DNA of 61,732 nt, the filler included. It is 3 parts of 3 records of this genome, joined end to end, with 100 filler letters (N's around TTAATTAATTAA, not from the genome) between each part and the next. Parts side by side here need not be neighbours in the genome. Positions count along the whole stretch, not along the records: positions 1 to 11,452 come from SRR31147125_68; positions 11,553 to 30,321 come from SRR31147125_69; 1 more part is not named here. One strand, written 5' to 3'. Positions 1 to 11,705 of this stretch are shown piece after piece. Numbering within the stretch: the stretch's first letter is position 1; every line of letters begins with the position of its first letter. Under the pieces are notes generated by a model. It was not told the origin of the DNA, did no database searches, and was given only the letters and a program-made list of their open reading frames with translations. The position numbers were made by a program, and so were the translations under genes.

Positions 1-823
1 TTTTTTCAAAAAAAGATTTCACAAAATTGCATTACCTCTGGTTCTATGGTCCATAATTTATACATTATGGAAAATATATTATAGAAATATGCCTGTCACT
101 ATTTACGATGCAATACTGGGTCCATTTGAAACGCCAGTGTATACTCATCTTTGGTTTTTATATGCTTTAATAGGTTTGTACCTTCTTACTCCAGCTTTAA
201 GAGTCTTTGTTCAAAATGCCAGCTCTAAAACCATACTTTATTTTATATTATTATGGTTTGGTGTGACCGGGATAAAGCCATTTATTTATGAAAATTTCAA
301 CTTTGATGTTAGGCTAAATGTTAATATGGCAACAGGTTATATAGGTTATTTCATATTAGGACATTTCCTTGGTAATTTAAAGTTAAATCGAAAAATTCTG
401 TTCTCTTCATTAATCAGTTATCTATTATGTTTACTGGTAACGGTTTTGGGTACATATTATACCTGCTTTAAAAGTACAGTATTTAATGAGTATATTTTTT
501 TCAGGCTTTCTCCAAATGTTATTATTATGTCATGTTGTGTGTTTATATTTGGAAGATATATTGGACAGAAAAGAATTTTAATGGACAACAAGTTTTCACA
601 GAATCTTTTTTATGAATTAAGCTTAACAAGTTATGGTGTATACCTGGTTCATCCAATTATTCAACATTTAGTATCCGATGGTCTTTTAGGCTTTCCATTA
701 AATGCCATGTATGGTATGGCTATTTTTTCAATTCCTTTTACAACAGGAGTCATTTATTTATTATCATTTCTTTTGATACGTACGATAAGGAAGATACCGG
801 GATTACGTCTTGTCTCACCATAA
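1..823 (+). CDS. Acyltransferase-3 family membrane O-acyltransferase, 5'-truncated by the window edge
   Basis: The frame stays open upstream of the ATG at 89 (..KRFHKIALPLVLWSIIY..). Polytopic hydrophobic protein with HLWFLY, GYFILG and SYGVYLVHP motifs. Confidence 0.85.
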   Translation, partial: FFKKRFHKIALPLVLWSIIYTLWKIYYRNMPVTIYDAILGPFETPVYTHLWFLYALIGLYLLTPALRVFVQNASSKTILYFILLWFGVTGIKPFIYENFNFDVRLNVNMATGYIGYFILGHFLGNLKLNRKILFSSLISYLLCLLVTVLGTYYTCFKSTVFNEYIFFRLSPNVIIMSCCVFIFGRYIGQKRILMDNKFSQNLFYELSLTSYGVYLVHPIIQHLVSDGLLGFPLNAMYGMAIFSIPFTTGVIYLLSFLLIRTIRKIPGLRLVSP

Positions 824-961
824 TAAATCGTTTTCATTTTTCCTATTCAAAAGCGCTACGGTGCCAGGGAACCATGTTTCGACCCAAAGGTTGAGTGGAT
901 TACTAATCAATGACTGAGAAGGCAATTACATGGGACGGACGAGTTTAAAAAAATTTTATAA

Positions 962-1154
962 GACAATAAGCTTATAGTTTCTTTACAAATATATGATCTT
1001 GTCGGTGAAGAAATTGAAACACCTTTGGATGGATATTTGTACAAAGGGGATTATAACGTAATTTGGACAGCACGAGGTTTATCAAGTGGAGTTTACCTGG
1101 CCCGTTTGCGAGATGGTAACTCTTCGATGTTAAAAAAATAACTCTTCAAAGATA
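962..1154 (+). pseudogene. Orphan remnant of a C-terminal sorting (T9SS type A / FlgD-Ig-like) domain
   Basis: Translates as DNKLIVSLQIYDLVGEEIETPLDGYLYKGDYNVIWTARGLSSGVYLARLRDGNSSMLKK. Preceded directly by an in-frame TAA (959-961) with no start codon. One extra A would give a typical KKITLQR* ending. Confidence 0.7.
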
Positions 1155-1368
1155 GAGTTGTAATTAGAATATGTGCGGTTAATGTGTAATAAAATATTTT
1201 TCTTTAATACTCGTTGGCTTTTTTGTTTTTAGCCATAAAGCACAACATCGTATTCTCTTTTTTGCATTTGCACAATCCACTTGCCTTTCACTTTTCAATT
1301 TTTTATCATTACCTATAATCCAATTGACAGATTTTCAGCTACAAGGTTTTCCTAACCAGAGTTAACGG

Positions 1369-2399
1369 ATGAAGCGAACCGTTTTATTCTTTTTCCTGTT
1401 CCTGATCCTGGTACCCTCTCTTGCCAAAGACAAGGCTGCCTTGCAGCAAAAAATTATCACACTTTTGAACAACCACTGCCCGGATGGCGCCAATATTCTT
1501 CGATTATGGCAGGAAAAGGTGCCGAAAAGCAGTCAGCTTGATATTACGTTTTGTGTCACTGAAGGAAAAGACGAGCAGGCCATTGTTAAATCGTTAAATG
1601 TCGTTGTGCATGAAGTGTATCATAATGTGAATTCATGTATGGCTCCTGTCGTATTGAGGGAAGAATTTGCCGGGACATCCGATCGGTTTCAAAATGTTCA
1701 TTATTTTTATCTAAAAAACAATCACTATATCCTGGTGGAAAGAACCCCGACATTCCCGGCCCGGAAAATGATAGACTCTTTTCCTGAAGAGTTGCGAACG
1801 TTTCATTTTGACTATATAGATACGGATAAAGAGTATCAAAGCACCCAGCTCCACGGCATCTATGGCTTAGTCGATGAAATGAATGCCTATTATCTGGGCA
1901 CTCAAACAGCTTATGATCTTTATGCCTGGTACCAGCAATTCGGATCCGCAGCACGCTGGCACGACTACTTTGAAGGTGTAAACAGTACCTTGTATGCCTG
2001 CCTGGAGTTTAAATTATATGTATTAAAATATCTGATTTACGCCAGAAAGCACCACCCGGACAAATATAGCGGCATTATCAACAATAAAAATCTGATCAAA
2101 ACCTTTTTAGAGGTGGATCAGAATGTATCAGATTTAGTGGACACCTATTTCGTTAAAAAAAGGAGCTATACAAGCAGCTGCGCGATTATGGTTGGGAAGT
2201 GTTTGAGGCAAACAATTATCTCTATATCCAAAAAGGAAACAAGAGAACCGGGCATATGACCTTTTTCGATATCTTAAATGTAATGCAGCAGGAATTAAGC
2301 AAACCGATTTATCAGCGATTATTAAATGAATTGGCTGATATTGTTCAAAATTGGGATCCGGAAACGATTTATAAAGACTTGACCGATTCAAAATCCTGA
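1369..2399 (+). CDS. Secreted protein, putative gluzincin-type metallopeptidase (one frameshift at the A7 run, 2155-2161)
   Basis: Signal peptide, HEVYH motif and downstream GLVDEMNAY. One added A joins ORF 1369..2259 to the frame of 2199..2399. Confidence 0.55.
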
Positions 2400-2510
2400 A
2401 ATAGTTGCAAGGATTCCAATTAAAGGTTGCTCTCTTTAAGAAAAATTCTCACATTTTGTTTAAAATAAAAACTCTATCAGGACGAGCACGATCCATCTCA
2501 GGAGATCAGC

Positions 2511-5500
2511 ATGCAGAAACTTTTTATCGCTTTTTCAGTTATGCTGTTGTTATCTTTACCAGCCAGTGTCAAAACAATCACATTAAATCCAACGGCAACA
2601 GTGTCTGGTTTTCATGGTATTGAACAAAAATCAGTTACCCATAATACCATCCACGACATTCATGGATCCATAGATAACAACATTCTTGAAGTCTCTACAG
2701 CACAAGGATCATTATTAAAGATCGAAGGCATGGATTATAACTGTGCTCCAAATGCATCACTTTTGCCACAAAAAAACATTCATATTGCACTTGCCGGATA
2801 TTATGACATTAAAGACGTAAACCTTGTATCCGGACAGATATACACCGGGAAAACAGAAAAGAACCTGTTGAAGAGCAGCACCTATGTAAGGATTAACTCC
2901 CCGTTAGAAATAAATGCAGATATCTCTCCGCAACAACAAGCAGAATGTGACAGCCAAAAGTTTTATCCGGGTAAATGGCTGTCTTTTACGGCCGGATATG
3001 ATAATGACTCGACCCATGTTTACATACACCTCTATCCAGTTCATTGGAAGCCAGCCACCCGTGAAATTGCCTTTTTAAAAGAATATACCATTTCAATTTC
3101 AGGACAAAAACGCGAATTCACATCTCCCCCAAAAGTAACAGCATTAATGAACGCACAACATCTCATTATAACACCTTCCGAATGGATCAGTTTGGCAGAC
3201 TCTATCGCTCAGATGCACAATGATGTAGGTATGAAAAGTCATGTCGTCAATGTGCAGGAGATTTATGAAAACTATGATCCGGTTGAAAATCCCTCGCATC
3301 CGGGATATGCTTTTACTCAAAATCCGGATATCCGCAATTATAATTTTGATCATGCAAAAAAAATTATTGCTTATTTAAGAGATCAGGATGCGCATCCTCG
3401 TATTCAATTTGTGACCATTCTGGGCAGCGGCAAAATTATTCCACCATCTTATTATTTTTATTTTCCGGTTCAGATACTGCCTCAGTATGATGCCTATTTA
3501 TCCTGGATCCCGTCGGATCAGTATTATTCGTCTCCTGATTATGACTGGGTTGATAATGTAACTGTTAACCGAATTTCCGTACATACCAAAGAACAACTGG
3601 CTACTTATTACGCCAAAATGCAGGAATGGAACAAGCATCTGAATGAATCCTGGGTCGAGAATATTTCTGTTTCCGGCGGTATACCCTGCGGCACCAACTT
3701 TTTTCTGGGTGAATTGTGCAACAATCACATTATCTGTTCGGATATTTTCAGTGGATGTGAAATCCAAAAATTTCAGCATCACCTTGGTAATTATGATGCA
3801 ACCAGTTTATCCAATCATCTGCAGAGTGATAATATTTTATGGCATTATAATGATTCTCACGGATCCGGCCGAGGTATCTATTTTGATGATAATTCGCATG
3901 TGGATTCGGACGATGTGCTAACCTTTCCGGCGAAAAACAGGTTGCCGGTTTTTCTCTCTCTCGCCTGTATGAACGGTAATTTTGACACAGACATGGTGGA
4001 TAATCCTTATGGCACGGGATTATCTTTTGGAGAAGCCATGATTTCCTCAAAAGGCGGTAGTATTGCCTATTTAGGTGGTTCACGCTATACCACCGGAGAT
4101 GTGTTGACAGCACTTGAAAACGGAAATATTAAATTTCTGGGTCAGAATCAATTATATGCCTTGCTTTACTATTATATGCAGGCCTATCGTGAGGTGGAAA
4201 AACCTTACCTGGGTAGTTTGTTTAAAGCTGCCAAAGAGAAATTTCTAATAGAACAGAATATGGGAGAACAATCCAATAGAATAGCTTATGTCCAGTTTGT
4301 CGGCATGTGCGACGCTGCGTTATTGCTACCGCAATCACTGGCAATGAATCCGTTAACAACGGTTCCAACCATCTCTGCTCAGGGAGCTCTGGAAAATCCG
4401 GACGATGATTTTCAAATTGTCAATCTTGCACAGAATGAGGATCCACTATATACTGTTTCAGATAGTGAATTATATGAACTTTGTACAATAAATGTTTCTA
4501 CAGGGATGAGTAAAAATGGTATTCCTGTAACCGATCAATTCACACTTGCAAATCTGGATGGTAACCAACTCCTTTTGAACAAACTTGTTAATCAGGAGGG
4601 AAAGGAAGCCTGGCATTACAGTATTGTGAACAAGGGGCTTAAAAAGATTGATGGCGATTTATCCGATTGGTTGCCAGGAGAATTGATTGCCAGCGATGAA
4701 TCCGGAGAAATTCAACCGGATGAATACGATTTAACTTTTATTTATTCAGCCTTGGATCATAAAAATAATGTTTTACATTTTGCCCTGCCTGTTCAACCAG
4801 CGCCAGAGAACCAGAATATCTATTATATTCTGGCTTTTGATGATGAGGATTCCTTTGGTTTTCGAAACAATATTACAGCGAAAGATCCTTTCCCATTTCC
4901 CATCTATCTTGGATTTGATAATGCGACAATGAACAAACTAATTGTTCTACAAACAGAACCCGGTGATTATTTTGAGTCCCCTTATGAGGTATCCAAATTC
5001 AGTTTTTTTGAATATGCTTATTGGAAAAATATACCGCAATATCCTTATTGGAGGGAAACACCCATCAATGAAAAAGAACTGGGAGGGATCGCTTATGGTA
5101 ATGATTCAACTATTGAACTGTCCATTCCGGCAGATTTGTTGAAACTGCAGCAATGTCGCCTGGCTGTATTTTCATCAATCGATCAGGGTATTATTGAAGA
5201 TGTGATACCGTCCTCACCAAACAATCCGACAGGTGTATTGTTTGGTCCTGAAAATGCCTATTCCATATCAGAGTTTATTCATTTTGGGACAATTGTCTCA
5301 GTACCACCGGAACCTGTTAGAGCGATAAAGACATTTACTCTGGAACAAAATTACCCAAATCCATTTAATCCTGCCACAACGATTTCATTTCAATTACCAC
5401 GAGCCACAACTGTACAGCTAGGCATTTATAATGTCCGGGGACAACTGGTAAAAACACTTGTGGATGGGGATGTGAATTCCGGTTGCCATTCAATACTATG

Positions 5501-5606
5501 GGATGGCAGTGATGATAGCGGCCAGATTGTCAGTTCCGGAATATATTTCTATAAACTTTTAACAGAAACAAAGAGTATTAAAAAGAAAATGCTGTTTTTG
5601 AATTAA
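2511..5606 (+). CDS. Peptidase C25 (gingipain-like) cysteine protease with C-terminal sorting domain
   Basis: Signal peptide; IPSDQYYS, DSHGSG (catalytic His), SLACMNG (catalytic Cys) and GGSIAYLG motifs; C-terminal LEQNYPNPFNP..SSGIYFYKL..KKMLFLN. Confidence 0.9.
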   Translation: MQKLFIAFSVMLLLSLPASVKTITLNPTATVSGFHGIEQKSVTHNTIHDIHGSIDNNILEVSTAQGSLLKIEGMDYNCAPNASLLPQKNIHIALAGYYDIKDVNLVSGQIYTGKTEKNLLKSSTYVRINSPLEINADISPQQQAECDSQKFYPGKWLSFTAGYDNDSTHVYIHLYPVHWKPATREIAFLKEYTISISGQKREFTSPPKVTALMNAQHLIITPSEWISLADSIAQMHNDVGMKSHVVNVQEIYENYDPVENPSHPGYAFTQNPDIRNYNFDHAKKIIAYLRDQDAHPRIQFVTILGSGKIIPPSYYFYFPVQILPQYDAYLSWIPSDQYYSSPDYDWVDNVTVNRISVHTKEQLATYYAKMQEWNKHLNESWVENISVSGGIPCGTNFFLGELCNNHIICSDIFSGCEIQKFQHHLGNYDATSLSNHLQSDNILWHYNDSHGSGRGIYFDDNSHVDSDDVLTFPAKNRLPVFLSLACMNGNFDTDMVDNPYGTGLSFGEAMISSKGGSIAYLGGSRYTTGDVLTALENGNIKFLGQNQLYALLYYYMQAYREVEKPYLGSLFKAAKEKFLIEQNMGEQSNRIAYVQFVGMCDAALLLPQSLAMNPLTTVPTISAQGALENPDDDFQIVNLAQNEDPLYTVSDSELYELCTINVSTGMSKNGIPVTDQFTLANLDGNQLLLNKLVNQEGKEAWHYSIVNKGLKKIDGDLSDWLPGELIASDESGEIQPDEYDLTFIYSALDHKNNVLHFALPVQPAPENQNIYYILAFDDEDSFGFRNNITAKDPFPFPIYLGFDNATMNKLIVLQTEPGDYFESPYEVSKFSFFEYAYWKNIPQYPYWRETPINEKELGGIAYGNDSTIELSIPADLLKLQQCRLAVFSSIDQGIIEDVIPSSPNNPTGVLFGPENAYSISEFIHFGTIVSVPPEPVRAIKTFTLEQNYPNPFNPATTISFQLPRATTVQLGIYNVRGQLVKTLVDGDVNSGCHSILWDGSDDSGQIVSSGIYFYKLLTETKSIKKKMLFLN

Positions 5607-5695
5607 CAAGAATCCATTTTTCTTCAGTTAGAAGGATGATTTGACAACACACTAAAAGATCCTCGCCCCGGATATTAATTTTTGGAGAATTTATT

Positions 5696-7189
5696 GTGTA
5701 TAAAACTATATTTTTTACCTTGATGTTATTGTATACCTCTTTAATTTTTGCACAACACATCGGAACCGATTTTTATGCCAATCTGGCTGATCTTCCTTGT
5801 ATGTATTCTAATGTCAAATCCTGTTATCTTTCCAGCTATGACCGTACCGGTGGTAATGACGATGGCTTTAACCGTACTTATTCAGAGTTGTATGAAGATA
5901 AGAATGGCGAGCATGTTATTTTTGAGGAAAAAGGGCCGGGTTGTATCTATAACATATGGGGAACAGGTCCGACGAAAACTGCGGACTGGGGTACCATGAA
6001 ATTCTATTTTGATGCTGAAAAAACAGCTCGCCTGGAAATAAATGCTGACGATTTTTTCTCCGGCTTGACAAGACCATTTCTTTTCCCATTAGTCAATAAC
6101 GAGTATGTTTCCAGTGGCGCGTCATCCTCCTGCGTGCCTTTTTCCTTTTCCCAAAGCCTGAAAATTACCACAGAAAAAAAGCCCTTTTTTTATAACATCT
6201 ACTACCAACTTTATAAAGATGTAAAAATTCGTACGTGGAGTATGGATGAAAAGTATGAAAAAATGACGGCTCTGTTTCAATCCTGTGGTTTCGATCCCAA
6301 ACAAGTGCAGCCGGATAGTGTTGAACGTAAAATGATATCCCTGGCTCCGTTTAACAAAAAACAGGACAACTTGGAAACATTTTTACAAAAAACCTCGCCA
6401 GGTGTGATTCACTATTTAAAAATAAATCCGTTATATAAACCGGATATGTACAATCTCAATCACATTTATCTTAGGATTACTTTTGAAAACCAGCCCGAAC
6501 CCAGCGTTAATGTGCCAATTGGTCCTTTTTCGGATCCGGTTTGGGCGAGGCGGATGTTAAAGGTCTGTTTGTAGGCATGTCTTCCTCTGGGGCCTATTAT
6601 TGCTATTTCCCCATGCCATATAAAAGGAATATCAAAATCGAATTGGAAAATACAGGATACGAATCCGGCGGCCGGTTCTTTGTCGAGGTGGGTTACTCGA
6701 ACTCTTATCCCGTGCATACCCACGGATGTGCTATCGGACAATTCGGAGCGAAATACAATAAAGCCTGGCCGATTGTGGGTGAGGATGATTACGAGTTGTT
6801 TAACTTTGAGGGAATGGGTGCCATTTTAGGGCAGGTTATGACCGTGGAACCAGTCAAACCGGATATCAAGCAATGGTGGGAAGGTGATATGAGGATCTTT
6901 ATTGACGGAGAGAAAAAGCCACGCTTTCACGGTACAGGCCACGAAGACGAATACCAGGTGGTCGAGTTTTTGGATGACAAATCCTTATTCTTTACCTCTC
7001 TATGGGCTACCCAAATCCGCAGGATTAAAAGATATTTTTGGTCAGATTAATGGCTCTGTCACGATGTATCGGTTTTGGCCGGGAACTATTCCCTTTAAAG
7101 AATCCATACGTATTAGCACCGAACATGGGACAGAAAACGGAAGAGCAGGTAATTACTCTTCTGTGGTGTATTATTATTTTATGCCTTGA
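5696..7189 (+). CDS. DUF2961 / GH172-like glycoside hydrolase (two frameshifts, near 6526-6530 and 6957)
   Basis: SSYDRTGGNDDG, GPGCIYNIW, YCYFPMPY, WWEGD..IFIDGE..HGTGHEDEY and IPFKESIRISTEHG motifs are spread over three consecutive ORFs. Confidence 0.85.
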
Positions 7190-7490
7190 CAGGAAAATAT
7201 AAGAAATTAATAAATTTATGAAACATGTTTAATCAATGACCGTACCTGTTTATTAGCGAGCATGTGCTCTTTCCCTGGGTCGGGGGATCGTAAAATCCTA
7301 ATCCAATTTTTAAATGTCTGTATTATATTTATCGAGTTATGAAAAATCGGACATCAAACGGATTTTTTTATAATACCCTTTGTTAAAAGTAGGTAACAGG
7401 TTGTTTGGATACTCATGCAAATGTGGATAGCACATTGTCTTGTCTAATCAATTATAATTTTTTTGACCACAAAACCTGAAACAAGAGGAC

Positions 7491-8461
7491 ATGATGAAAA
7501 AATTAGTTTTGGTTGTCTCTATTTTATTTCTAGTTGCCGTTAACAATTACGCCCAGGACATTCAACTTACTCCAGGTACAAATATCTCCTTTGCTTCTAT
7601 CAGTGAAGGCAGGGAATTTTTGACAGGTCGGGATGAATTCATTTCAACCATGAGTCCATTTGATCGTTCAGCCCGGAAAAAAACAGATCAGATTGTTTCG
7701 GAAAAAGAATTTTTACAGTTTTTATCAACGAACGCTCTTGAATGGCAGGAAGAAGAAATTAAAAAATTTAGCGATATTTTAAAAAGCATTAGCCTGAAAC
7801 TCGCAGACTATAATCTGACCTTTCCCAAAGAAATCCTTTTGATAAAAACAACCGGAAAAGAAGAGGGGGAGCTGCTTATACAAGGAAAAACGGGATTGTT
7901 TTTCCGGAAAACTTTATAAAAATGCCCCCAAATAATTTACACGATATTGTCATTCACGAATTGTTTCATATCCTGTCCAGAGAGAATCCCACGCTTCGTG
8001 AATCACTTTATAACATCATTGGATTTTCCCCTTGTAACGAAATTGAATTGCCTGAAAACCTGGGTGCACGAAAAATTTCCAATCCGGATGCCCCCAGGAA
8101 CGACCATTATATGAACGTTTCTTATAAAGAGTCAGAAGTACAGGTTATCCCGGTTATTTTTTCAAAAACGGAAAAGTATGATGTCGATAAAGGTGGAGAA
8201 TTTTTCAACTATCTTGAGTTTAAATTATTACAAATAGAAAAAAACAAAAATAACTGGTCTCCATCTTATGCAGAGCAGGAGCCCATCCTGTTTGATATAT
8301 CACAGGTGTCCGGATTTTTTGAGCGAGTTGGAAAGAATACACGATATATTATTCATCCTGAAGAAATCCTGGCTGATAATTTCGTGATCCTGGTCAACGG
8401 AAAACAGGATATCCCTACACCTGAAATTAGTGATAAAATGAAGAAAATATTGGCAAAATAA
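7491..8461 (+). CDS. Secreted protein, putative zinc metallopeptidase (frameshift at the G5 run, 7865-7869)
   Basis: Signal peptide. One added G gives EEGGAAYTRKNGIVFP and joins ORF 7922..8461, which carries HELFH and HPEEILADNF. Confidence 0.6.
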
Positions 8462-8525
8462 TGGACTTTTGCTATATTAAAAACAATTAATAAATTTTCA
8501 GTGATTCAAATATGCAAGGTAATGT

Positions 8526-9378
8526 ATGCCAATTTTCCAATCCTGTGTAAAGAAAAGCGTATGTTTTTATGCCCTCATTACTCTAGGGACTTTAATATTT
8601 CTGGCCTGTTCAGGCCAGTCAGGAGTAAGTGTCTCCGATTCGTCTCAGGAGTTTCATCTCTATTTGCTTATGGGTCAGTCCAATATGGCTGGTCGTGGAC
8701 ACATCAGCGAGCAGGATACAACCGTTCATCCACGAGTATTTGTATTAAATAAGGATAATGAGTGGGTGCCAGCACAAGATCCACTTCATTTTGATAAACC
8801 CAACGTTGTGGGCGTTGGACCGGGACTGACTTTTGGTAAATCGATGGCTGACAAGAAGAAAAATGTCAAAATCGGACTCATTCCCTGCGCCGCCGGGGGA
8901 TCACCGATATCATCCTGGACAAAAGGCGGATACCACAACCAAACGAAGAGCTATCCCTATGATGATGCAATAAAAAGAGCCAATATCGCCCGGGAAAGGG
9001 GTGTTATAAAGGGCATTTTATGGCATCAGGGAGAGTGATAGCTCACCTGAATTAGCTCCGCTGTATGAAAAGAATATCCAGGACCTTATAAAAAATATAC
9101 GTACTGATCTGAATGTTGGACCTGTTCCCCTTGTTGTCGGAAAATTGGGTGAATTTTATGTGGCGCGGAAAGAACAGGCACAGGTTATAAACGATATTTT
9201 GGAAAATATACCGAATTCTGTGGAAAACATGGCTTGTGTTGAAACAAACGGCCTGACAGCCAGGGAAGACAATACTCATTTTAATGCCGAATCAGCCAGG
9301 GAACTTGGCAAACGATATGCAAAAGCAATGATAAAACTGGAATCACGTGAAAGAAATGAAGAGACAATAAGGCAGTGA
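8526..9378 (+). CDS. SGNH sialate O-acetylesterase / CE6-like carbohydrate esterase (SASA), frameshift near 9030-9036
   Basis: MGQSNMAG, GVGPG, GLIPCAAGG and WHQGE motifs; continues in another frame as SD...DNTHF. Lipobox-like FLAC. Confidence 0.9.
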
Positions 9379-10049
9379 TTTTTTAAGATTGTTAATAGGG
9401 CTTTTTTATTAGAGAATGTTCAGTTTGATCATTTGATCAATCGGAAAAAATAACTGGACTTTTTGATGAAATTTTATTAATATATGTTGACAACACCGAG
9501 AAGGATTTATAACATCATGCCATCTCATGACATGAACTTTGTTGCACAAGTTCATAAAGCTCGAAACATAAAATGGATGACCAGGCCAGATAAACATGGT
9601 TTAGATACTGTAAAGATAAATTTTTACTAAAACTGTCAATTGTTACTTCAGTATATCATCATTATAATATACCACCCCCAGAGCTTATAAAAGTGCAATC
9701 AGGGACTTTTCTTCAACTGTTGCCGCAAGAGTCTTTATTCTTATCGGAATAAAGAGATACTCGAATCTTTCCATTAAAAAAAACATTTTATTTTTGATCA
9801 CTATCAATTAGCCAGGTGCTCTGATAATGTGAGCTGTTTGTGACTTTTTGTTTATTTATTAATTGCTCATTATAAATATGATGTAATTATTGAGCTTTAA
9901 AAGTCGTAAATACTCATTACCTACAGATGGATTAGCATATGCACACCTGACTATATTAAATAATTTATTGGATAACAATAATTTCTAATCAGACGTTATC
10001 CATTAATGAAATGTCACTTTATATAGATTTACTATCGAGGAGCAATGAA

Positions 10050-11411
10050 ATGGAAAAAACAGATGTCTTGGTTATTGGCGCCAGTGCAGCAGGACTCGTC
10101 GCTACAACCACAGTAAAAACAGTTTATCCAAACAAATCCGTTATGGTTATTCGTAAAAATGAAAACGTGCTTGTTCCATGTGGAATTCCCTATGTATTCG
10201 GTTCAGTGGGAAGCACGGATAAAAACTTGATACCGGTTGGAAAGGCTTTCGAAAACGCCGGCGTACAGCAACTGGTTGGGGAAATAGTCAGCATTGACCG
10301 GGAAAATAAGGTGTGCAAAACAAAAGAGGGATTGGAAATTGGCTACGATAAATTAGTCATCGGTACCGGTTCAACGCCCACTATTCCTTCCTGGCTGAAA
10401 GGCGCTGACCTGGAAAATGTTTTTTCTGTACCCAAGAATAAAGAATACCTGGATAATAAACAGTTACAACTGGAAAACTGTAAGAAAATTGTGGTTATTG
10501 GCGGCGGATTTATCGGTGTCGAACTTTCAGATGAGCTCACCAAGGCAGGAAAAGATGTCACCCTCGTGGAAATACTACCGCATATCCTGGGTCTGGCTTT
10601 TGATGAAGATATCGCTGTCAGGGCTGAAGGGCTTCTACTGGAAAGAGGGGTCAAGATAAAAACCGGAAGTGGCGTTAAAGAAATATTGGGAGACAAAAAA
10701 GTTACCGGTATTCTTTTGGATAATGGCGAAACTATGGAAGCAGATGCTGTCATTTTATCTATAGGTTACAAACCCAATACGACACTTGCTCAGGAAGCCG
10801 GGTTACCATTAAATGACAGAGGATCCATCAAGGTTGATGAATATATGAGAACAGCTGATCCGAATATTTTTGCTGTTGGCGATTGTGCTGAAAAGAGAGA
10901 CTTTGTCACCAGAAAGACAAGTGGTGTTATGCTGGCATCCACAGCTTGTGCAGAGGCGAGAACGGCAGGTATGAATTTGTTCAAATTGTCGGCTGTAAAG
11001 ACCTTTAATGGCACCATCTCTATTTTTTCCACAGCGATTGGTGATACCGGATTTGGCGTAGCCGGATTAACAGAAAGCGTAGCTAAAAATGAAGGATTTG
11101 ATGTTATAACCGGAACTTTTGAAGGTATGGATAAACATCCTGGCTCCCTACCAAATACGCACAAACAAATGGTAAAACTGATCGTGGCCAAAGAATCCGG
11201 TGTCATTCTGGGTGGTGAGGTCATCGGCGGCATAAGCGCCGGAGAGCTCACGAATGTTATTGGTTTTATTATTCAAGCGAGAATGAATATCAACACATTG
11301 CTGACATCTCAGATTGGGACTCACCCAATGCTTACAGCATCGCCGGCTGCCTATCCGCTCATGAAAGCGGCAGGCGTCATTGGGAAAAAAGCCCTTGCGA
11401 TGATGAATTAA
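10050..11411 (+). CDS. FAD-dependent pyridine nucleotide-disulfide oxidoreductase (CoA-disulfide reductase / NADH oxidase family)
   Basis: VIGASAAG, a single redox Cys in VPCGIPY, VIGGGFIG and IFAVGDC motifs. GAGGAG RBS before the ATG at 10050. Confidence 0.9.
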   Translation: MEKTDVLVIGASAAGLVATTTVKTVYPNKSVMVIRKNENVLVPCGIPYVFGSVGSTDKNLIPVGKAFENAGVQQLVGEIVSIDRENKVCKTKEGLEIGYDKLVIGTGSTPTIPSWLKGADLENVFSVPKNKEYLDNKQLQLENCKKIVVIGGGFIGVELSDELTKAGKDVTLVEILPHILGLAFDEDIAVRAEGLLLERGVKIKTGSGVKEILGDKKVTGILLDNGETMEADAVILSIGYKPNTTLAQEAGLPLNDRGSIKVDEYMRTADPNIFAVGDCAEKRDFVTRKTSGVMLASTACAEARTAGMNLFKLSAVKTFNGTISIFSTAIGDTGFGVAGLTESVAKNEGFDVITGTFEGMDKHPGSLPNTHKQMVKLIVAKESGVILGGEVIGGISAGELTNVIGFIIQARMNINTLLTSQIGTHPMLTASPAAYPLMKAAGVIGKKALAMMN

Positions 11412-11422
11412 CACTTTTTTGT

Positions 11423-11452
11423 CCGACACTCTCGGATATCCGAGAGTGTCGG
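11423..11452. repeat. Perfect 30-bp palindrome at the contig end
   Basis: CCGACACTCTCGGATATCCGAGAGTGTCGG equals its own reverse complement. Confidence 0.95.
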
Positions 11453-11552
11453 NNNNNNNNNNNNNNNNNNNNNNNNNNNNNNNNNNNNNNNNNNNNTTAA
11501 TTAATTAANNNNNNNNNNNNNNNNNNNNNNNNNNNNNNNNNNNNNNNNNNNN
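11453..11552. other. Artificial contig linker
   Basis: N44-TTAATTAATTAA-N44, which has stop codons in all six frames. Confidence 0.98.
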
Positions 11553-11662
11553 CCAAGAAAATAGGAATCAATTCCCTGAGCAGCCCTGTTTTTCATCCAC
11601 AAGCCAATTGTAACCATTCCGACCAGATAAATCGTCACAATAACGTAATCTACAAATGCCAT
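11553..11662 (-). CDS. N-terminus of a sodium:solute symporter family protein (truncated at the gap)
   Basis: Translates as MAFVDYVIVTIYLVGMVTIGLWMKNRAAQGIDSYFLG: first TM helix followed by the YFLG motif. Not in the ORF track. Confidence 0.8.
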
Positions 11663-11705
11663 GTTATCACCTTATAATAGTTAAAGTTACTTTCATTTTG
11701 TTATA

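Noticed and set aside
9409-9597. 62-aa ORF in the intergenic region before the oxidoreductase
   Set aside because: No clear RBS or recognisable motif; likely spurious.
11497-11508. TTAATTAATTAA palindrome (also at 30366-30377) as a biological site
   Set aside because: It is centred in identical N runs and is a six-frame stop linker.
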